A DNA stretch of 64,000 nt from an uncultured Bdellovibrio sp. GTDB lineage: Bacteria; Bdellovibrionota; Bdellovibrionia; Bdellovibrionales; Bdellovibrionaceae. The notes beneath the pieces were generated by a model. That model saw nothing but the letters and a program-made list of their open reading frames with translations, was not told where the DNA came from and searched no databases. Shown here in pieces: positions 60,083 to 64,000 of this stretch. A program made the position numbers and the translations under genes. Numbering within the stretch: position 1 is the first letter of the stretch; each line of letters begins with the position of its first letter. The stretch lies in contig CAWVRN010000002.1 of the NCBI GenBank assembly GCA_963932905.1, positions 1 to 64,000 of the forward strand. Reading direction: 5' to 3'.

Positions 60083-61239
60083 ATTAATGCCTCGATCAGT
60101 TCGGCACTTTTTCGTGAGCCGTCTATTTGATAGCTTCGTGCTACGCGGTTGATATTTGTTTCAATTTCACGGCTGTTTAATATCTGTTTGATTCTTTCTT
60201 TAATTTGGATGGTGCTAAGTTTTCTGATATCCTCGACCAAGCCAATTCCTGATTTATTTACATAGTGACCTTGATGAAATTGATCATTGCACATAGGAGT
60301 TACCCATAGTTTTGTTTGGAAATAAATTGATTCCATAACCGAGTTGGCGCCTCCGTGGGTGATAAACAATGTGCTTTTAGGCAAAATTTCTAGTTGAGGA
60401 GCGTACCTATAGAGCGTGACATGATCAGGCTTTTGCAGTTTTTCTATTAAGTCACCCACCGAAAGAATCAAACGCCAATTCTCGCCTTGAGTTGCCGTCA
60501 TTAGTTTTTCAAAAATTTCTGGCCAGTAAAAAATCTGACTTCCAAAAGAGGCGTATATGGTTAGTTCTTCATTGTTTTCTATGACGACCGTTTCATCTCC
60601 TCGGTTTTTTATTGGTAACGAGGGACCCACCATATGAACGTCGCTTCCTCTTTCACCAACAAACTCTGGCGTACAAAAGGCAATCGTTAAATATTTTGAC
60701 AGAGCATCACAGCCTTTAAAATCAACTTTCACATCAAAAGTTTGAAAGAGTTTGTCTCGTTGGATTCTTATTTCCTGTAAGGTGTCGAGTAAATCACTTG
60801 TTACATCACCTTCTAGGACTGGATTTAAAGAGTTAGACATCGAAACCCATGGAATACCACTTAACTCGGCGGCGATCACAGACGTGTAAGCCAACGGGTC
60901 AATGACCAAAACATCTGGCCTGACTAATTTTAGCCAGTCCAATTGTCTGGTCACGTCTTCTTTGGAAACATTCAAAAGTAAGCTCTGTATCCACTTTTTC
61001 ATGGCAATTTTGTTGTTTACTAAATCGACCAGCTCTTTACCTCTCATGGGTTGTTCTGGTGCTTTTTTAGATACTAAAGAGAGATCAAATTCCAAACCTG
61101 CTTTTTCAATTTGTTCAGAAATATTCCCGATAGATGCAAACGAAACTCTATTTCCATTTTTTTGTAGAGCTTGCGCGGGGCCAATGTAAGGATTGATGTG
61201 CCCCTTTTCAGGAAGCACTAAAAAAATTATTTTTTTCAT
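60079..61239 (-). CDS. GT1 (MGT/UGT-type) small-molecule glycosyltransferase
   Basis: GHINP, YASFGS, APQLEIL..FITHGGANSVMES, DQ. Confidence 0.9.
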   Translation of the reverse strand: MKKIIFLVLPEKGHINPYIGPAQALQKNGNRVSFASIGNISEQIEKAGLEFDLSLVSKKAPEQPMRGKELVDLVNNKIAMKKWIQSLLLNVSKEDVTRQLDWLKLVRPDVLVIDPLAYTSVIAAELSGIPWVSMSNSLNPVLEGDVTSDLLDTLQEIRIQRDKLFQTFDVKVDFKGCDALSKYLTIAFCTPEFVGERGSDVHMVGPSLPIKNRGDETVVIENNEELTIYASFGSQIFYWPEIFEKLMTATQGENWRLILSVGDLIEKLQKPDHVTLYRYAPQLEILPKSTLFITHGGANSVMESIYFQTKLWVTPMCNDQFHQGHYVNKSGIGLVEDIRKLSTIQIKERIKQILNSREIETNINRVARSYQIDGSRKSAELIEALI

Positions 61240-62960
61240 AAAAAACGTCTCCTCCAGATAAGGGTTGCCAGAAGTCTAAATTCAAGTCCCACGTCGTAAT
61301 CAGAAAGGTTCTCACTGGTTCGTTTAGTCCAACTCGTAACGGTGTCGGGGTCGACAATGTCGGTTAGGGTTTCGCCATATTTTTTCCAGTATTCGACAAA
61401 ATAGCGATGAATAGTCGCCTGGGCTTTCAAATTTTTTGTCAGTGCAGATTTAGGTCGTTGAGCCAGTTCGGGGCTGACCGCGGTCGAAGCGACTTGGCGT
61501 AAATGGAATTTTTCGGGCCCTTCGATAGGTTTAAGTAGTTGAGCTGCGTGTAAAACATTGATGTCAGCAAATGGAACTCGGGCTTCCAGTGAATGGGCCA
61601 TTGTGTGAGTGTCGCCGTTATGTAGGAGTCGGCGTAGCCAGAAATCAACGATAATTTTAGACATCGCAAATCGCTGATCGGGTAGGGTTTTCCAATTGTA
61701 GCCACTTTCAATCGAATAAGATCTATAAAAATCACTAAAATCCGCCACAGCATTAACTTTTCGCAGAGGAACATGTCCAAAAAACTGAATCACATTTTGC
61801 ACTGACGCCACCATGTTTTTGCCCAGCAAAAATGGATATCCAAAGTGGGTTTCGTCAGCGGCGTCACCGACTAAGACGGCCTTCACATGTTGGGCTGCCG
61901 CGAGTGCAAGTGCGTGCTGCGAAACTTCTTGTTCCCAGGCAGAGATCAAATCGTTTTTTTCGAGAGTTTTTATAAGCAATTCAGGATAGTCGGTTGCTGT
62001 TACTTTCACGTCATGTAATTCGTGTCCTAATTGCTGACTGGCGCTGACTGCAAAATCATAGTCTTCACTTTTAACTATCAATGCTTTTTTATAGTCCTCT
62101 TCTTTATTGTCTTCATATCTTATCGTCCACGTTTTTAGTTTTTTGTCCGACAAACTGGCGATGAGTGTAGAGTCCAATCCTCCTGATAGGAAAAGTCCGA
62201 CCTCGCTATCGGCATGAAGTGTTTTATTTACAGCATCCTTCAGTAACGTTTTCCAGTCAGAGGCGTCCACTGAATCAGATGGATTGAAGTGATAGGAAAA
62301 ATATTTTTCAATTGATAGAGATCCATTTGAAACAGTCAGTGTGTGCCCAGGCAGAAGTACTTCCACGTTTTTGAATGGAGTTGATACCGATCCCGTAAAA
62401 TACGGAGCTATCAGATATTCGCAAAGATAGTCTTCATTAATTTTGAATTCCATCAGTTTACTTTGGACCAATACCGAGGCTTCGGAGGCACAAGTAAATA
62501 GTGTTTTATTGGAATAGTAGAAAAATGGTTTTACGCCTAACGGGTCACGTGCCGCAAAACCGCGTTCATTTTTATTATCCCAAATAAAGAAGGAAAACAT
62601 TCCATTGAATTTTTTAACACAATCTGGTCCCCATTTTTCATAGGCAGCCAGGACTACTTCAGAATCTGATCGCGTTTTAAAATCATAAGAGGCTTCTAGT
62701 TCTTTTCTTAATTCTTGGTAGTTGTAAATTTCGCCATTATAAATCAGTGTCAGTTGTCCGTTGTGATTCTGCGTAGGCAAGCTAAGATTTCTTAGATCGA
62801 GCATAGATAATCGGTTCTGACCCAAAACACAATGATCAAAAACTTTATGTCCGCTGCCGTCCGGACCGCGGTGTAATTGCATCCGTAGCATGTTTTCGAC
62901 GATATGTTTATCGTTAGGCAACAATCCTTTTTTTCTTACGATGGCTGCTATGGCGCACAT
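61236..62960 (-). CDS. Asparagine synthase (glutamine-hydrolysing)-type amidotransferase
   Basis: Cys2 nucleophile, HRGPD, NGEIYNY, RDPLGVKP, LSGGLDS, MAHSLEARVPF. Confidence 0.92.
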   Translation of the reverse strand: MCAIAAIVRKKGLLPNDKHIVENMLRMQLHRGPDGSGHKVFDHCVLGQNRLSMLDLRNLSLPTQNHNGQLTLIYNGEIYNYQELRKELEASYDFKTRSDSEVVLAAYEKWGPDCVKKFNGMFSFFIWDNKNERGFAARDPLGVKPFFYYSNKTLFTCASEASVLVQSKLMEFKINEDYLCEYLIAPYFTGSVSTPFKNVEVLLPGHTLTVSNGSLSIEKYFSYHFNPSDSVDASDWKTLLKDAVNKTLHADSEVGLFLSGGLDSTLIASLSDKKLKTWTIRYEDNKEEDYKKALIVKSEDYDFAVSASQQLGHELHDVKVTATDYPELLIKTLEKNDLISAWEQEVSQHALALAAAQHVKAVLVGDAADETHFGYPFLLGKNMVASVQNVIQFFGHVPLRKVNAVADFSDFYRSYSIESGYNWKTLPDQRFAMSKIIVDFWLRRLLHNGDTHTMAHSLEARVPFADINVLHAAQLLKPIEGPEKFHLRQVASTAVSPELAQRPKSALTKNLKAQATIHRYFVEYWKKYGETLTDIVDPDTVTSWTKRTSENLSDYDVGLEFRLLATLIWRRRFL

Positions 62961-63847
62961 AACGACCTCCGTAGTATATCCAAGCTTTGATTGTAGGAAT
63001 CAAAACCAAAGCGTTTATCGGGAAAATAGCTTGGTTTTTTCTTTTCAGAACCGATCTGCCATTTCAGGTGTGCCCAATTCCTCAGTGGCTCTTTGTTTAA
63101 AAACGGGCCGTTCTCATTCGCCCAAAGCAAAAGTGGCCAATTCGCCAGCGGCGTAATTAACTCAACATTGAAGTGTTCAAAACATTGCTTTGTCAGAAAA
63201 AACAAGTCGCAAAATTCTGATCCAGCAAATGATTGATCTGCCCCGTCTCCGGAATATATTTGAGTCACTCCAAGTTTAGAAATTTCACGAGCGAGTATCC
63301 ATTTTGATACTGGGTGGAGATTATAAATTGGACATTCTACTTTTTCTAAAAAACTCGGAAGCGATTGAATGAATTCTAGATAGTCAGTTTCTATTTGAAT
63401 ATATTCGATAGAATGGTAGTTGCAGAATTTTTGAACCTGCTGCGATTCACAGTATCCATCAATGTTAGTTTGCAAATAATAGGCGTTAACATGAAATCCT
63501 TTATCTCGTGCGTAAAGAGCTAATACCTGTGAATCTAAGCCACCACTGATGGCTAAATTGATCGAATGGCAAGTCATCCTATTAAAATGTAAATCGAGCA
63601 AGTTTAAAAAACTTGAGCTGATGTGTGGGTGGGGCCAAGTGATATTAGATATTTTTTCTATGCCTTGAACGGGGGTCATTGGCCAAGTGTCTTTTCCTTG
63701 CCTATAAAGGGAAATGAAATCGAAATTCCACTGCCAAGTCGGTTTTTCTCTGATCAACGTTTTCAGCGACGAGCTTGTTTGCAGATTGCTTTTGTCCTGA
63801 TAGATAAAATCAGTTTTAAAAAGTCCGAAGTTTAAATTTGACTGCAT
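62948..63847 (-). CDS. Asparagine-synthase-like ATP pyrophosphatase lacking the glutaminase domain
   Basis: ISGGLDS, SGDGADQSFAG; start probably MQSNL at 63847; no N-terminal Cys. Confidence 0.75.
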   Translation of the reverse strand: MQSNLNFGLFKTDFIYQDKSNLQTSSSLKTLIREKPTWQWNFDFISLYRQGKDTWPMTPVQGIEKISNITWPHPHISSSFLNLLDLHFNRMTCHSINLAISGGLDSQVLALYARDKGFHVNAYYLQTNIDGYCESQQVQKFCNYHSIEYIQIETDYLEFIQSLPSFLEKVECPIYNLHPVSKWILAREISKLGVTQIYSGDGADQSFAGSEFCDLFFLTKQCFEHFNVELITPLANWPLLLWANENGPFLNKEPLRNWAHLKWQIGSEKKKPSYFPDKRFGFDSYNQSLDILRRSLCAP

Positions 63848-63999
63848 ATATTTAATATCGTTTCTCTTTGAGATTTGATTTCTTGTGGTGACATCTGTTG
63901 CTGCGTACTGAGTGTAGATTGACCCCCTTTGCACAGATAGCACGAATTTATTGGCTCGCTGGATTCCAGATGTTGCTTAATTAAAATAGCTAGCGCACT
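63832..63999 (-). CDS. C-terminal 55 aa of an upstream gene that runs off the window
   Basis: Open frame SALAILIKQHLESSEPINSCYLCKGG...ICSQI*, with stop overlapping the next gene's start region. Confidence 0.6.
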   Translation of the reverse strand, partial: SALAILIKQHLESSEPINSCYLCKGGQSTLSTQQQMSPQEIKSQRETILNICSQI

Positions 64000-64000
64000 T

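Noticed and set aside
62948..63847. Lasso peptide cluster
   Set aside because: No transglutaminase-like B protein, RRE or precursor is visible in the window; cannot be fully excluded beyond the edge.

Overview
Bacterial chromosomal window, most likely from a predatory Bdellovibrionota organism. This is inferred from a TIGR02147/DUF4423-type regulator, many Cys-containing secreted or lipoproteins, two short flagellins and a PopA/Bd0427-like major outer-membrane protein. Core genes: pyruvate dehydrogenase E1, TonB, PP2C phosphatase, M23 peptidase, purD, thiolase, HD phosphohydrolase, ubiB-like kinase, rnr, nucleoside ABC transporter, Crp-family regulator, trmO and valS. No rRNA, tRNA or CRISPR array was recognised. 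The points most worth following up are: (1) a translationally coupled biosynthetic operon at the right edge (57634-64000) with a possible radical-SAM C-terminus, a glutaminase-less AsnB-like ligase, AsnB, GT1, GT2, a ROK-like kinase and a PIG-L deacetylase; (2) a heavy-metal RND/TolC locus with no periplasmic adaptor, led by a His/Cys leader protein ending in QPP; (3) a catalytically degenerate RAYT/Y1-transposase-like gene, with REPIN-like palindromes elsewhere in the window; (4) a probable IS21-type end at the window start interrupting a duplicated lipoprotein gene; (5) a recurring leaderless promoter geometry; (6) sigma28 and CsrA signals on both flagellins; (7) a two-variant 22-bp tandem array; (8) an unannotated 53-aa membrane ORF. 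All family calls come from motif recognition by eye. No searches were run.
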